From contig NJBI01000018.1 in NCBI GenBank assembly GCA_005222975.1, forward strand, positions 1 through 54,459: a DNA stretch of 54,459 bases, given 5' to 3'. The stretch is from Promethearchaeota archaeon Loki_b31 (GTDB taxonomy: Archaea; Asgardarchaeota; Lokiarchaeia; Sigyniarchaeales; SOKP01). Position numbers and translations under genes: made by a program. Within the stretch, counting starts at the first letter, position 1, and every line of letters begins with the position of its first letter. Under the pieces are notes generated by a model. The model had not been told where the DNA came from. It was given only the letters and a program-made list of their open reading frames with translations, and searched no databases. Below are positions 20,186 to 30,239 of the stretch, piece by piece.

Positions 20186-21565
20186 TTATACCATTTTTTT
20201 AGGGTCTAAAAGTTCGTCCAAATTATCGATCTTTAAACCCATTTCTTTAATTACTACTTTACAGGTTTTACCTTCCTTATGCGCTCTTTGGGCAATTTCA
20301 GAACATTTATCGTACCCTATTATTGGTGATAAATTAGTAACAATCATTAGCATTTGGTCTAAATTCGTATTGATTTGTTCAGTGTTCGCTTTTAAGCCGA
20401 TTAAGCAATTACTAATAAAAGAATTAATTCCCCCTACTAAAATTTCAATTGATTCAAGAACATTTACAATCATTATAGGTTTACTCATGTTCAAATCTAA
20501 AATGCTTCCATACATTTCTCCACTTATAACAACAGAGTCGTTTCCAATCACTTGAAGACACACTTGAATTAAAGCTTCAGATTGAGTAGGATTAATTTTT
20601 CCAGGCATAATAGACGACCCTGGTTCGTTTTGGGGTAAAATTAATTCTGATAGACCTGCTCTTGGACCACTGCCCATCCAGCGAATGTCATTTGCCATTT
20701 TTAAAAGCGATAACGCTAAAAGTCTTAAGTTACTGCTAGCGTACGCTATAGTATTATGCGAAGATATTCCCTCCGCTTTTATAGGATTAATTTTAAAAGA
20801 TAAGGAAGTTATTTTTGAAAGATGGTTTACGGTCAATTTATCAAAATCTTTATGAGCATTTAAACCTGTACCTAAAGCTGTACCACCTATTGGGATGAAT
20901 AATAATTCATCTATTACATGTCTTAATCGCTCAATATTAGTTTCGATTTGTCTTTTATATACTTTAAATTCTAAAGATAGTGGTATTGGGACGGCATCTT
21001 GTAAGTGAGTTCTTCCAACTTTAACGATTTCTTCAAACTCTTCGATTTTAATAGTTAAGGTTTCTACTAATCTGTTTAAGACCGGAATTAACTTCTTTAT
21101 CATATGTACAGTAGATATATGCATAGCAGTGGGTATCACATCATTAGAAGATTGGCTCTTATTTACATGATCATTTGGATGGATCGGATGTTTCTTACCC
21201 ATAGGAAATCCTAAGATTTGAGAGGCCCTATTAGCTAACACTTCATTCATGTTCATGTTTGTTTGAGTTCCACTTCCTGTTTGATAAATATCAATTGGAA
21301 ATTGATCTAAAAGCTTATTTTCGTTCAATATTTCGTTAACTGCTTGGAGAATGGCATCTCCTATTTCTTTATCAAGATATCCTAATTCTCTATTTGCTAA
21401 CAGACACGCTTTTTTAATCTGTCCTAAGGAAACGATAAATATCTTAGGGAATGTTTTTCCACTTATTTGAAAATTTTGGATAGCTCTTTGAGTATTTATC
21501 CCCCAATAAACATCACTTGGAACTTCTAATTCCCCTAAAACATCTTTTTCTATTCTAAAACTCAT
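20186..21565 (-). CDS. fumC: Class II fumarate hydratase
   Basis: QTGSGT..NMN.NE, GRTHLQDA, GSSIMPGKINP motifs. Confidence 0.9.
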   Translation of the reverse strand: MSFRIEKDVLGELEVPSDVYWGINTQRAIQNFQISGKTFPKIFIVSLGQIKKACLLANRELGYLDKEIGDAILQAVNEILNENKLLDQFPIDIYQTGSGTQTNMNMNEVLANRASQILGFPMGKKHPIHPNDHVNKSQSSNDVIPTAMHISTVHMIKKLIPVLNRLVETLTIKIEEFEEIVKVGRTHLQDAVPIPLSLEFKVYKRQIETNIERLRHVIDELLFIPIGGTALGTGLNAHKDFDKLTVNHLSKITSLSFKINPIKAEGISSHNTIAYASSNLRLLALSLLKMANDIRWMGSGPRAGLSELILPQNEPGSSIMPGKINPTQSEALIQVCLQVIGNDSVVISGEMYGSILDLNMSKPIMIVNVLESIEILVGGINSFISNCLIGLKANTEQINTNLDQMLMIVTNLSPIIGYDKCSEIAQRAHKEGKTCKVVIKEMGLKIDNLDELLDPKKMV

Positions 21566-21778
21566 TTAATTCCATCATTATTTTCCTTTTTAATAATGTA
21601 AAATGGATAAGATAATTAAAAAAAGTTTATACTAATATTTTATAATCTCATTATTTAGGTTGACTCAAGAATGACTAATTTTCCAAATGGATTTATATGA
21701 ATTTATTATAAATATTTTTAGAGAACTTATAATTTATCTATAAGAAAAGGCTTACAAATAAAAAGAGAATCAAAAAAA

Positions 21779-22078
21779 ATGGATTCTGATTCTACTAACA
21801 ACGAAAAGGAATTAATCTCTAGGAATTATCTATTTCTACTAAGAAAACAAAAAGTTCAAAAAGAAATAGAAGCTGCAAGGAGACTTATTGAGAAAAATGT
21901 CGATATTCTTGAAATAGCAGATAAATTTATTCACAGTACTTTTGAATTAATGAGAGATGGAATTTCTAATAGGAATGTCGATCTAACTAAAGAAGAAATT
22001 CAACAACAAATAAGAAATAATATATCTTTTAAAGAGAAACTTAAAGCGATTAAAAAGAGGTATAATCGTCTTGGCTGA
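21779..22078 (+). CDS. Small helical protein, putative antitoxin partner of the downstream nucleotidyltransferase
   Basis: 99 aa; overlaps the next gene by 8 nt, a two-gene TA-like layout. Confidence 0.6.
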   Translation: MDSDSTNNEKELISRNYLFLLRKQKVQKEIEAARRLIEKNVDILEIADKFIHSTFELMRDGISNRNVDLTKEEIQQQIRNNISFKEKLKAIKKRYNRLG

Positions 22079-22652
22079 AATAGAAAATATTTTATCTCGT
22101 TTAGAAATTATCTTCAAGGCCACAAAGCTTAAATATGTTATTGTAGGAGGAATTGCCGTAATCCATTATGGCCATGTAAGAGCTACTCAAAATATCAATA
22201 TCATTATCGAAGATGACTACTCAAAAATCTCTCAATTTATAGGATTACTTAAAGCTTATGAATTTGATGTATTGGATGATCAATTTAAATTAGCTTATCA
22301 AGAAAAGACTAATATATCTATATTTGACAAAAATAGTTTTTTAAGGTTAGATATAAAAGTTGCTGATAAGAAGCGGGAGCATGAAGTATTAAGTCACGCT
22401 AAAAAAGAAAGAATTCTAGGAAAAGATTTATTTATTGCACCTTTAGAATATGTTTTAATTGGTAAATTAATATATATGGGTTTAATTCATGATATACCCA
22501 TTTCTGAATTGCTAGAATATCAAGATGTCGTTGATTTTTTGACATTGTTTCATGCAAATAAAGAAATAATTGATTTAACCTTTTTAAATAATAAAGCTAA
22601 GCAAATAGGACTTAAAACTACACTTGATAGACTATTTTCAATAGATATTTAG
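22071..22652 (+). CDS. Nucleotidyltransferase-fold protein (DUF6036/AbiEii-like); catalytic Asp residues appear replaced by Asn
   Basis: VIVGGIAV..YG..RATQNINI (family consensus R.T.D.D), LDI, E..LIGKL, D..D motifs. Confidence 0.7.
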   Translation: MAEIENILSRLEIIFKATKLKYVIVGGIAVIHYGHVRATQNINIIIEDDYSKISQFIGLLKAYEFDVLDDQFKLAYQEKTNISIFDKNSFLRLDIKVADKKREHEVLSHAKKERILGKDLFIAPLEYVLIGKLIYMGLIHDIPISELLEYQDVVDFLTLFHANKEIIDLTFLNNKAKQIGLKTTLDRLFSIDI

Positions 22653-22718
22653 TTTGGTAACATAGATTTAATAATGACACTTTGGAAATTGATATTCTAT
22701 TTAAAAGAGGAAAAGAAA

Positions 22719-24176
22719 TTAGATAATAATTGTTGATTGGCTAATTATTTCCTCTTTTTTCTTCTTTTTTTTATCAATTTTAATATCTTGAAGGTGGATA
22801 GTTGTTTCAGAAAAACTTTTTCCACGGTTTAATCTACTGAAAGTCTTTTGTTTTTCATTTGAGAACATAGTAAAGTCAAATTTCATAAGGGCTTTAGCTT
22901 TAATATTTTTAAATTGCATTAGCCAGGAAAAATCGTCCAAATTTAATAAAATTTCATCCATTAAGGTTACTTTCTTTAATTCTGTGGTGAAATACGTATC
23001 CCGAACTTGAATTGGAATAGGTCTCCCCCATTCTTGTAATTCGTCAATTAACATTAGAAAAAAAGCTAAAGGATGGTTATCAAAAGTATATTCCTTAAGC
23101 TGAGCTTTAAAATTATGTAAAGCCATAGCTTTTGCTGCTAAAATATATCCTTCGTACTCGTCATTTTTTTTTAGCTCGTCTGGAGAACCAAGTCCATTTA
23201 AAAGGGAAAGAGCAGAGATCACACCATGATCTAGATTTATACTACTGCGATAATTAAATTCTGGATGACCTTCTTCAGTTCTTAAATAAACATGCGATTT
23301 TTGAGGGATGGAATTAATTCGATCAAACCCTACTCCTTCTCTTATTAGAGTACGCGCTTCCTTAGAGAGTCCCTCTTCAATAATTTCTAAATATACCTCT
23401 TGGTTACCTTTCCAAGACAAGGAAATCTCAAATGGAATAAATTCCAAATCTAAAGTCGGATAACACTTTAATAATTGATTCACTAAAGAATAATTTACAG
23501 CCGTGGTCATTTTTCCTAAAGGATAACCAATATCGTGAATTAACCCTGTAATCCACCAATACTTGTCCTTAAGAAGGTTTTTATCCATCCCTGTTAACTC
23601 AGATATAATTCCAGCCAACGATCCATGACCAAGATCTTGTTCTAAAAGAAAATCACCTAAGACTGCTACTCGAAGTGCATGTTCGGTATGATCTCTATAA
23701 TATTTTCTTACGCTTGTACTATAGAGAAATGCCTCAAGGTCTGGTAAAGCTCTTATTAAATATAACAATCCCTTTGATTCAATCCCTCTCTCCTTTGATA
23801 CATCGTAAAGAGCTGAAGATAAATCTTTTCGTTTACCTGTAATTAGATCAATATCTAAATCAAGATCAAGATCAGTCGAGGATTTTTGAAGTTCTTTCTC
23901 AACATTTTTAATTATCCAATTAGACATTTTTGAGCCCATTTTATTTACAATTTTTCCAAACCGACCCATTTTTGCTATTTGTTCTTGAGTGTGGGCTAAT
24001 TGCTTATCCAAGTCTTTAAGGGATGAAAAATCCTTATCTTTTTTAATATCTTCAAAGGCTTCTGGATTTATTTGTTCAACTATTTTTAAAAGATCTATTA
24101 TCCATCCACTAAAACTTTTACTTTGAGAGGAGACTCGATCTAAAATCCATTTATCGTTTATTCTATAGTCTTTCAT
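22719..24176 (-). CDS. HD-domain metal-dependent phosphohydrolase with helical N-terminal extension
   Basis: YRDHTEHALRV, LIHDIGYP, DHG, ALHN, IDELQEWGR motifs. Confidence 0.75.
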   Translation of the reverse strand: MKDYRINDKWILDRVSSQSKSFSGWIIDLLKIVEQINPEAFEDIKKDKDFSSLKDLDKQLAHTQEQIAKMGRFGKIVNKMGSKMSNWIIKNVEKELQKSSTDLDLDLDIDLITGKRKDLSSALYDVSKERGIESKGLLYLIRALPDLEAFLYSTSVRKYYRDHTEHALRVAVLGDFLLEQDLGHGSLAGIISELTGMDKNLLKDKYWWITGLIHDIGYPLGKMTTAVNYSLVNQLLKCYPTLDLEFIPFEISLSWKGNQEVYLEIIEEGLSKEARTLIREGVGFDRINSIPQKSHVYLRTEEGHPEFNYRSSINLDHGVISALSLLNGLGSPDELKKNDEYEGYILAAKAMALHNFKAQLKEYTFDNHPLAFFLMLIDELQEWGRPIPIQVRDTYFTTELKKVTLMDEILLNLDDFSWLMQFKNIKAKALMKFDFTMFSNEKQKTFSRLNRGKSFSETTIHLQDIKIDKKKKKKEEIISQSTIII

Positions 24177-24355
24177 TTTTAAAAATATTCCATTGTCGTG
24201 TTTAATATTGATAATGTTACAGATGACTTTATAATTTATATACTCAAACTTTATTTTTTCTTATTTCTGATTATAACAGAAGAAGAATTTTTATTATTAT
24301 ATGAATGTGGAACTTATTGATTAGAAAAAAATCTAATTTAAAACTATTAATCAAT

Positions 24356-24877
24356 TTATAATTTTGTTTCCATATAAATCCAATAAGATTGGAGTCCTGG
24401 TGGAACTTCAGTTTCGGGATATATTTCTCTCTCTTGAAACCCTGCTGAACGATAAACATGTTGTGCAGCAGTCATAAATAGCCCAGTATCAAGTAGGATT
24501 CTTGAACATCCGAATTCTTTACCTTTGTTTAAAAGATGTCTTAGTAAGCCTTTTCCAAAACCTTTCCCTCGATAATTTGGTCTGATATACATTCTTTTTA
24601 TTACCCCTGTATTAACGTTAAGTTTTCTAACAGCACCCATCCCAACTAAATTTTTTTTTATTTTTAGTATATAGAAAACTCCTTCAGGTGGCACATAGGA
24701 TGTAAGTTCTTCAACGCTATTTATGGCATAATCTCGAATTGGTTGCCCCAGTAGGGAAACTACATCTATTTTGTAGTGCTTCATAACTTCTTCGGCAATC
24801 CAAGACAAATATTCGTCATTTAAATCTATTAAAAGGGATTTATGAATTCTCAAATCAATAGGAATATACTCAATCAT
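24356..24877 (-). CDS. GNAT family N-acetyltransferase
   Basis: IKRMYIRPNYRGKGFG and LDT...A..VY.SAGF motifs. Confidence 0.88.
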   Translation of the reverse strand: MIEYIPIDLRIHKSLLIDLNDEYLSWIAEEVMKHYKIDVVSLLGQPIRDYAINSVEELTSYVPPEGVFYILKIKKNLVGMGAVRKLNVNTGVIKRMYIRPNYRGKGFGKGLLRHLLNKGKEFGCSRILLDTGLFMTAAQHVYRSAGFQEREIYPETEVPPGLQSYWIYMETKL

Positions 24878-25029
24878 ATATTATCATTTGTTTTTTTTTA
24901 TTTAATAAGTTATAATAAATAAGATTTTTCTAATAATCTATAAACAAATACGCTTAGAAAACGAGCTTATTTTGGATAAGAAGTAAAATTAGTAAAAGAT
25001 GCTAATAATTATTATAATAGAAAAGTAAA

Positions 25030-25932
25030 CTAATTAGTGAGACGATCAACAAGTAAATTTTTAAAAGCTTGGACATCTTTCCAAGAAGTTGCACAACGTA
25101 CCAAATTTCCTCTCTCGCTAATTTGAGTTGAGCCGCGATCAGTGATCTCAATTTTTAATTCTTCAATGTTAAGCCATTCTTCAGAGAAACCGAGGTAGAT
25201 AGCCACCGTGTCAAATAGGACCGAAGTCTCATTTTTTTTTGTCAATATTAATTTGTGTATAATTTTTTTTTTCCATATCTCAAAATTTTCTTTGATTGAT
25301 CTAACTATTGAATTGTCGCACTTCATGATGCGCTCGAAAAACGACCCCGAGAGCACGATATTTCCACATGTATCCAATGGCGTAATTGTCTTTTCCCAAG
25401 GCGCTTGGAAAACTTCTCTGGATGCCTTAATGTTCTTTTTCACATTAAATTCCCGGGAAGGTGAGTTTGATCCTCTGTATCCAATGCGAATACTCCCGTG
25501 CATCCCTACAAACCGAGAATTCTCTGTAATATTTGGATTCATTTTAAGTGCTCCTGCCACAGTTCCTAAGGGTCCAATGGCGATGAGCGTTAATGGCTCA
25601 GGAGAATCCATTATCATGGAACAAATAACCTCCATACCGTTTTCGTGAACAGTACCGGGATATCTTGATATCTCATAATCTTTAATCCAAGGGTACAACC
25701 AACCTTTTTTACGATTTTCTGGAGGTCCAATCCCTATAGGGATGTCCGTTCGACCCACAATTTCAAGAAATTTGGCAACCAGCTTGGCTTTTAACGCGGT
25801 ATTGTTTGTGGAAGTTGTAATTAATTTAACATCTAATTCAGGACACTTTAATAATAAGCCCAAAGCCCAAGTGTCATCAATATCCAACCCTATATCGGTG
25901 TCAAGAATTACAGGGATTTTTTTGCTATGCAT
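25030..25932 (-). CDS. Inosine/uridine-preferring nucleoside hydrolase family protein
   Basis: DTDIGLDIDD, IAIGPL, EFNV, PLD motifs. Confidence 0.85.
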   Translation of the reverse strand: MHSKKIPVILDTDIGLDIDDTWALGLLLKCPELDVKLITTSTNNTALKAKLVAKFLEIVGRTDIPIGIGPPENRKKGWLYPWIKDYEISRYPGTVHENGMEVICSMIMDSPEPLTLIAIGPLGTVAGALKMNPNITENSRFVGMHGSIRIGYRGSNSPSREFNVKKNIKASREVFQAPWEKTITPLDTCGNIVLSGSFFERIMKCDNSIVRSIKENFEIWKKKIIHKLILTKKNETSVLFDTVAIYLGFSEEWLNIEELKIEITDRGSTQISERGNLVRCATSWKDVQAFKNLLVDRLTN

Positions 25933-25964
25933 TTTCGCTATCCTAAATACAATTTTAATAAATG

Positions 25965-27389
25965 TTATAAACCTAATTCCCGTAATTTACGATAAATTTC
26001 TTGTTTTTTGATACCCTTCAGATCAAACCATTTATAAAAGATTAACGCACCCACACTGCAAAAAATGAATGGAATTAATCCTTGAATTATCCGAAGACCT
26101 ACTAAGGCATTAAACTGGTGAGAAATATTTAAGGGGTCATAAATTGTGAGCGCATGAATAATTGCTATAATAAAACTCTGAAACACTACAGAAGTGCGAA
26201 CGAAAAAATTTCTAATTCCAAGTAAAGTAGTCTCGTGATGTTTTTTCATTTTCACAGCGATTTCATCGTAACAATCAGCCAAAACGGGTGATAACATAAT
26301 CATGAACAATGATCCTGATACTCCGTTTAGGATGCTTGTTAAATAGAACTGAAACGCGTTCACAATAAAGAGGTTTAATAATAGACTTACTCCGTAGAAA
26401 GCTAAACCTATTGCATAAGTGTTCGAATGTCCTATTCTTTTAGCTAAGCGAGCCCATATAGGCATTGTTAGAAAAGAAGATAAGAGCATTAAAATTGAAC
26501 CTAAGCTTCTTATGTGTTGCCCCTCTTGTAGAACATCATCAATAAAGTTGACTGTATTCATGCTCATAAGACCAAACGCAATCATGAATGTAAGATAAGA
26601 AAATACAGCCAACATGAAATTTTTTTGTTTTATAGCTATCTTCATAGTTTTAAAAAAGGAAATTTTTTCCGAGTTGTCATACCCTACGATAAATCTCTCT
26701 TTTATCACTTTAGATTCCTTGGATCCAGGTATAAACACCAAAAGTGAGCACGAGAGTATAATAATGCTGATAAACGCAGCGATTGTGAATGATGTTGGAT
26801 TCCCGGGATCAATTACTAGTGACCAGATTGTGATTGCTAAGAAATTTGCTATAAAAGTAAAAATTAGAGTCAACATCCCTCCTTTTCTACGCGTTGTATC
26901 TCCCCTAAAATGTGCGGCAAAAGCACCAAAAGAATGCGTTTGAGAAAGAGAATACGATATATCGTATAGGAATACGAATATTATATAATATATTAGAATG
27001 GGCAATACACTTTCAATCCCTGATACTTGAGGTGGTGTAAATAGGAAGAAAAACAGGATAATTGTAGGAATCCCTCCGATAATGATCCATGGCGTATGAA
27101 ACCCTCGCTTTTTGGTCCATTTGAAGGGTTTATCTGTAAGATATCCTATAAATGGGTTAATCAACATACTCAATATTATGTATAGTGTATTTGCGATTGC
27201 CATATATATTGGCCATAAAGGAACTATACTGATTAAACCGAGCTCTCCTTCATAGAATGTCCAGACATAATTATTGAAAGCTATCATTAAAAAAGTATTC
27301 AAAAAATATCCGGTTGAAAACATTACCATCTTCTTCATACTTGGTTCTTCAGGCTGAGTATGATTCACATCATTATTTGAGGTTTTCAT
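25965..27389 (-). CDS. MFS transporter, GPH (MelB-like) family
   Basis: About 12 hydrophobic segments, NPFIGYLTD and LADCYDE motifs. Confidence 0.85.
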   Translation of the reverse strand: MKTSNNDVNHTQPEEPSMKKMVMFSTGYFLNTFLMIAFNNYVWTFYEGELGLISIVPLWPIYMAIANTLYIILSMLINPFIGYLTDKPFKWTKKRGFHTPWIIIGGIPTIILFFFLFTPPQVSGIESVLPILIYYIIFVFLYDISYSLSQTHSFGAFAAHFRGDTTRRKGGMLTLIFTFIANFLAITIWSLVIDPGNPTSFTIAAFISIIILSCSLLVFIPGSKESKVIKERFIVGYDNSEKISFFKTMKIAIKQKNFMLAVFSYLTFMIAFGLMSMNTVNFIDDVLQEGQHIRSLGSILMLLSSFLTMPIWARLAKRIGHSNTYAIGLAFYGVSLLLNLFIVNAFQFYLTSILNGVSGSLFMIMLSPVLADCYDEIAVKMKKHHETTLLGIRNFFVRTSVVFQSFIIAIIHALTIYDPLNISHQFNALVGLRIIQGLIPFIFCSVGALIFYKWFDLKGIKKQEIYRKLRELGL

Positions 27390-27607
27390 CTTTTATTTCA
27401 GAGTTCATTCTTGATATTATTTTATTCGTTCTATTATTTATTAAAGTATTCTCCCAAAAAGTAAAAAATAATGTATTGATTCAAATTATAGTTTATTAAA
27501 ATAAATTTTATTAAATACTAAGCGATTTTTAATTTAAAGTCTCATTTTAATCTTGTTCTCTATGAGATTCTACTAAATTTTATTTAAAGGAGGTTATTAT
27601 CATAAGA

Positions 27608-28726
27608 TTGCTCGAATACGAGAGTAAGGAAATATTTAGCAAGTTTGATATCCCATTAGTTAAGAATATATTAATTCTAAGGGGCGAAGATATTGAAGAC
27701 AAAGTTAAAGGATTTTCATTTCCAGCAATTGTTAAATCACAAATCGCTATTGGAAGCAGAAAAAAAGCGGGGTTAATAAAAATTGCTCAAACTCAAGAAG
27801 GAGCAGTTTCACTATGTAGAGAATTTTTCAGTAGAAATGTAGCGGGATTCACTGTGGAAGCGATTATTATCGAAGAACTTGCTAAAATCGATCAAGAATA
27901 TTATTGCTCAATCGCGTTAGACGCTTCAGAAAGGCAGTTTTACCTTATCGCAAGTAAAGAGGGAGGGATAGACATCGAAGAAGTTTCCAAGGAACGCCCA
28001 GAAGCAATAATCAAGCTTAATTTTTCGTATTCAATGGGATTAACTGAGAATATTGCTAGAGCTGCAGCCACTCAACTTGGTTTGTCGGGTACTTCATTAC
28101 AATTAGGGATTAATATTTTTCTGAAATTATGGGAGATTGCAAAAAAATTAGAAGCTCAACTTGTAGAAATAAATCCTCTGGTAATGACTCCTTCTGGATT
28201 AATTGCCGTAGATGGGAAAATGATTCTAGATGATGATGCGGCGTTTCGTCAGCCAATCATTCAAAACTTACAGGAGAGGAAGTTAAATGAACTAGAAAAG
28301 CTTGCGAAAAAAGTAGGCTTTTCGTTTGTTGAACTATCCGGAGAGATTGGTATCTTAGCAAATGGAGCAGGACTCACGATGGCTTTGTTAGATGTCTTGT
28401 CTGATTTAGGTTTACAACCAGCTAATTTTCTGGATGTTGGGGGTGGGGCTAGTAAGGAAAGGGTATATAAGGCGCTGGAATTGATTTTTAAATTGCAGCC
28501 GAAAACTGTTTTGGTAAATATTTTTGGAGGTATCACTCGATGTGACATAGTTGCTCAGGCGATAATTCAAGCTCTCAAAGATTTTTCTGATGCTCCACCA
28601 ATGGTTATTAGACTAACAGGGACTAACGAAAAAGAAGGGATTGCCTTGCTTAAAGAAGCAAACATGGATGCGTTTAAAGACATTATGAAGGCAGTTAAAA
28701 AAATAAAAGAGGTGCTGAGTGAATAG
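27608..28726 (+). CDS. sucC: Succinyl-CoA synthetase beta subunit
   Basis: LEYE.K, GGIDIEE, EINPL, NGAGL, NFLDVGGG, NIFGGITRCD motifs. The true start may be ATA 27602. Confidence 0.9.
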   Translation: MLEYESKEIFSKFDIPLVKNILILRGEDIEDKVKGFSFPAIVKSQIAIGSRKKAGLIKIAQTQEGAVSLCREFFSRNVAGFTVEAIIIEELAKIDQEYYCSIALDASERQFYLIASKEGGIDIEEVSKERPEAIIKLNFSYSMGLTENIARAAATQLGLSGTSLQLGINIFLKLWEIAKKLEAQLVEINPLVMTPSGLIAVDGKMILDDDAAFRQPIIQNLQERKLNELEKLAKKVGFSFVELSGEIGILANGAGLTMALLDVLSDLGLQPANFLDVGGGASKERVYKALELIFKLQPKTVLVNIFGGITRCDIVAQAIIQALKDFSDAPPMVIRLTGTNEKEGIALLKEANMDAFKDIMKAVKKIKEVLSE

Positions 28727-29588
28727 CATGTATATTAATGAGAACTCAAAAGTAATCGTTCAAGGTATTACGGGAAAACAGGGGATGTTTCACACTCAAA
28801 TTATGCTTAATTATGGTACTAAAATTGTTGCTGGGGTTACACCCGGAAAGGGGGGTCAAGAAGTATACGGTGTTCCAGTTTTTAATAACGTGAAAGAAGC
28901 AATTCAAGAAACGAGTGCAGACACAAGTATAGTTTTTGTTCCAGCAAGATTTACTTTAAGCGCAGCTATGGAAAGTCTAAATGCGGGAATCAACATGACA
29001 TGCATTATAACCGAGAATGTACCTGTTTTTGATATGATTCAGCTTGTAGAAAAAGCCAAAGAAAAAGGATTATTTTTAATTGGTCCGAATTGCCCCGGAA
29101 TGCTAATCCCCGATAAAATCAAATTGGGGATAATGCCAAGCGACATGTGTCATTACGGTGATGTCTCAGTAATCTCTAAAAGTGGAACATTATCTTACGA
29201 AATCACAAAAGCTATTGGGAATAGTGGTATCGGAGTTTCTGCGTATGTCGGTATAGGTGGAGATCCTGTGAGAGGAATAACTATGCAAGAAGCTGTAGCT
29301 TATTATTCAGAAGATCCAAACACTAAAATAATCGTCCTTATAGGAGAAATTGGGCGCAACGAGGAGGAAAAAACTGCAGAGCTTATTAAGAACAATGTTT
29401 CTAAACCAGTTATAGCTTATATTGCAGGAAAAAGCGCTCCGGAAGGGAAAAGAATGGGTCATGCTGGTGCCATAATTTCTGGGGATGTTGGAACTGCAAA
29501 AGGGAAAATTAAAGCTTTAAAAGACGTAGGAGTATTAATCGCTAATACTCCTTGGGAGGTTCCTCACGTAATTAAAGAAATTTTATAA
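28719..29588 (+). CDS. sucD: Succinyl-CoA synthetase alpha subunit
   Basis: QGITGKQG, GVTPGKGG, GPNCPG, MGHAGA phospho-His motif. Confidence 0.92.
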   Translation: MNSMYINENSKVIVQGITGKQGMFHTQIMLNYGTKIVAGVTPGKGGQEVYGVPVFNNVKEAIQETSADTSIVFVPARFTLSAAMESLNAGINMTCIITENVPVFDMIQLVEKAKEKGLFLIGPNCPGMLIPDKIKLGIMPSDMCHYGDVSVISKSGTLSYEITKAIGNSGIGVSAYVGIGGDPVRGITMQEAVAYYSEDPNTKIIVLIGEIGRNEEEKTAELIKNNVSKPVIAYIAGKSAPEGKRMGHAGAIISGDVGTAKGKIKALKDVGVLIANTPWEVPHVIKEIL

Positions 29589-29610
29589 GTTAAAGTAAAT
29601 TTCTTTAAAA

Positions 29611-30219
29611 ATGATTAAAAAGTTCTATCCATCCTCATTATACAATTTTCTTAGGTTAATCCAAACTAATCCTGTGAATAAAAAAATATTAGATTGTGGG
29701 GCAGGTGGAAGAGATCCTAAACTTGCCTTTTTTCATGAAAATGGTTTTGAGACATATGGAATTGATATTTCCGATGAACAGATAAATGATGCGCAAAATT
29801 TTTGCGAAAAAAATAGTATCAATTTAAGGATTACTAAAGGAGACATGAAAAATATCCCTTTTGACTCTAATTTTTTCGGGTATGTCTTTTCCTATCTCTC
29901 AATGGTTCATTTAAGTAAAAAAGATACAGCAATTGCTATTAATGAAATGCATCGCGTTTTAATGAAAGGAGGATTATGTTATCTGAATTTCCTTTCTAAA
30001 GATGATGTTAATTTCGATGAAAAAAGAGAATCAGACCCAGGTGAAATCATAAGTTTTCACGAAAATCAAGAGTACGTTCATAGTTATTATGAAGATGATA
30101 AACCTGATGATTATTTCAAGAATTTTGAAATTATTTACAAAGAAAAAAGACATATCCTAAATGGCAAATATTTTAACACAGGTAGAACATGTATCCTTGA
30201 TTACATTTTAAAGAAGTAA
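29611..30219 (+). CDS. Class I SAM-dependent methyltransferase
   Basis: ILDCGAG, YGIDIS, GDMKNIPF motifs. Confidence 0.85.
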   Translation: MIKKFYPSSLYNFLRLIQTNPVNKKILDCGAGGRDPKLAFFHENGFETYGIDISDEQINDAQNFCEKNSINLRITKGDMKNIPFDSNFFGYVFSYLSMVHLSKKDTAIAINEMHRVLMKGGLCYLNFLSKDDVNFDEKRESDPGEIISFHENQEYVHSYYEDDKPDDYFKNFEIIYKEKRHILNGKYFNTGRTCILDYILKK

Positions 30220-30239
30220 TTGAAAATCGAGTGTAATAG

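Noticed and set aside
21600-21613. 14-bp match to the start of icd (AAAATGGATAAGAT)
   Set aside because: Matches of this length are expected by chance in AT-rich sequence, and there is no further homology.
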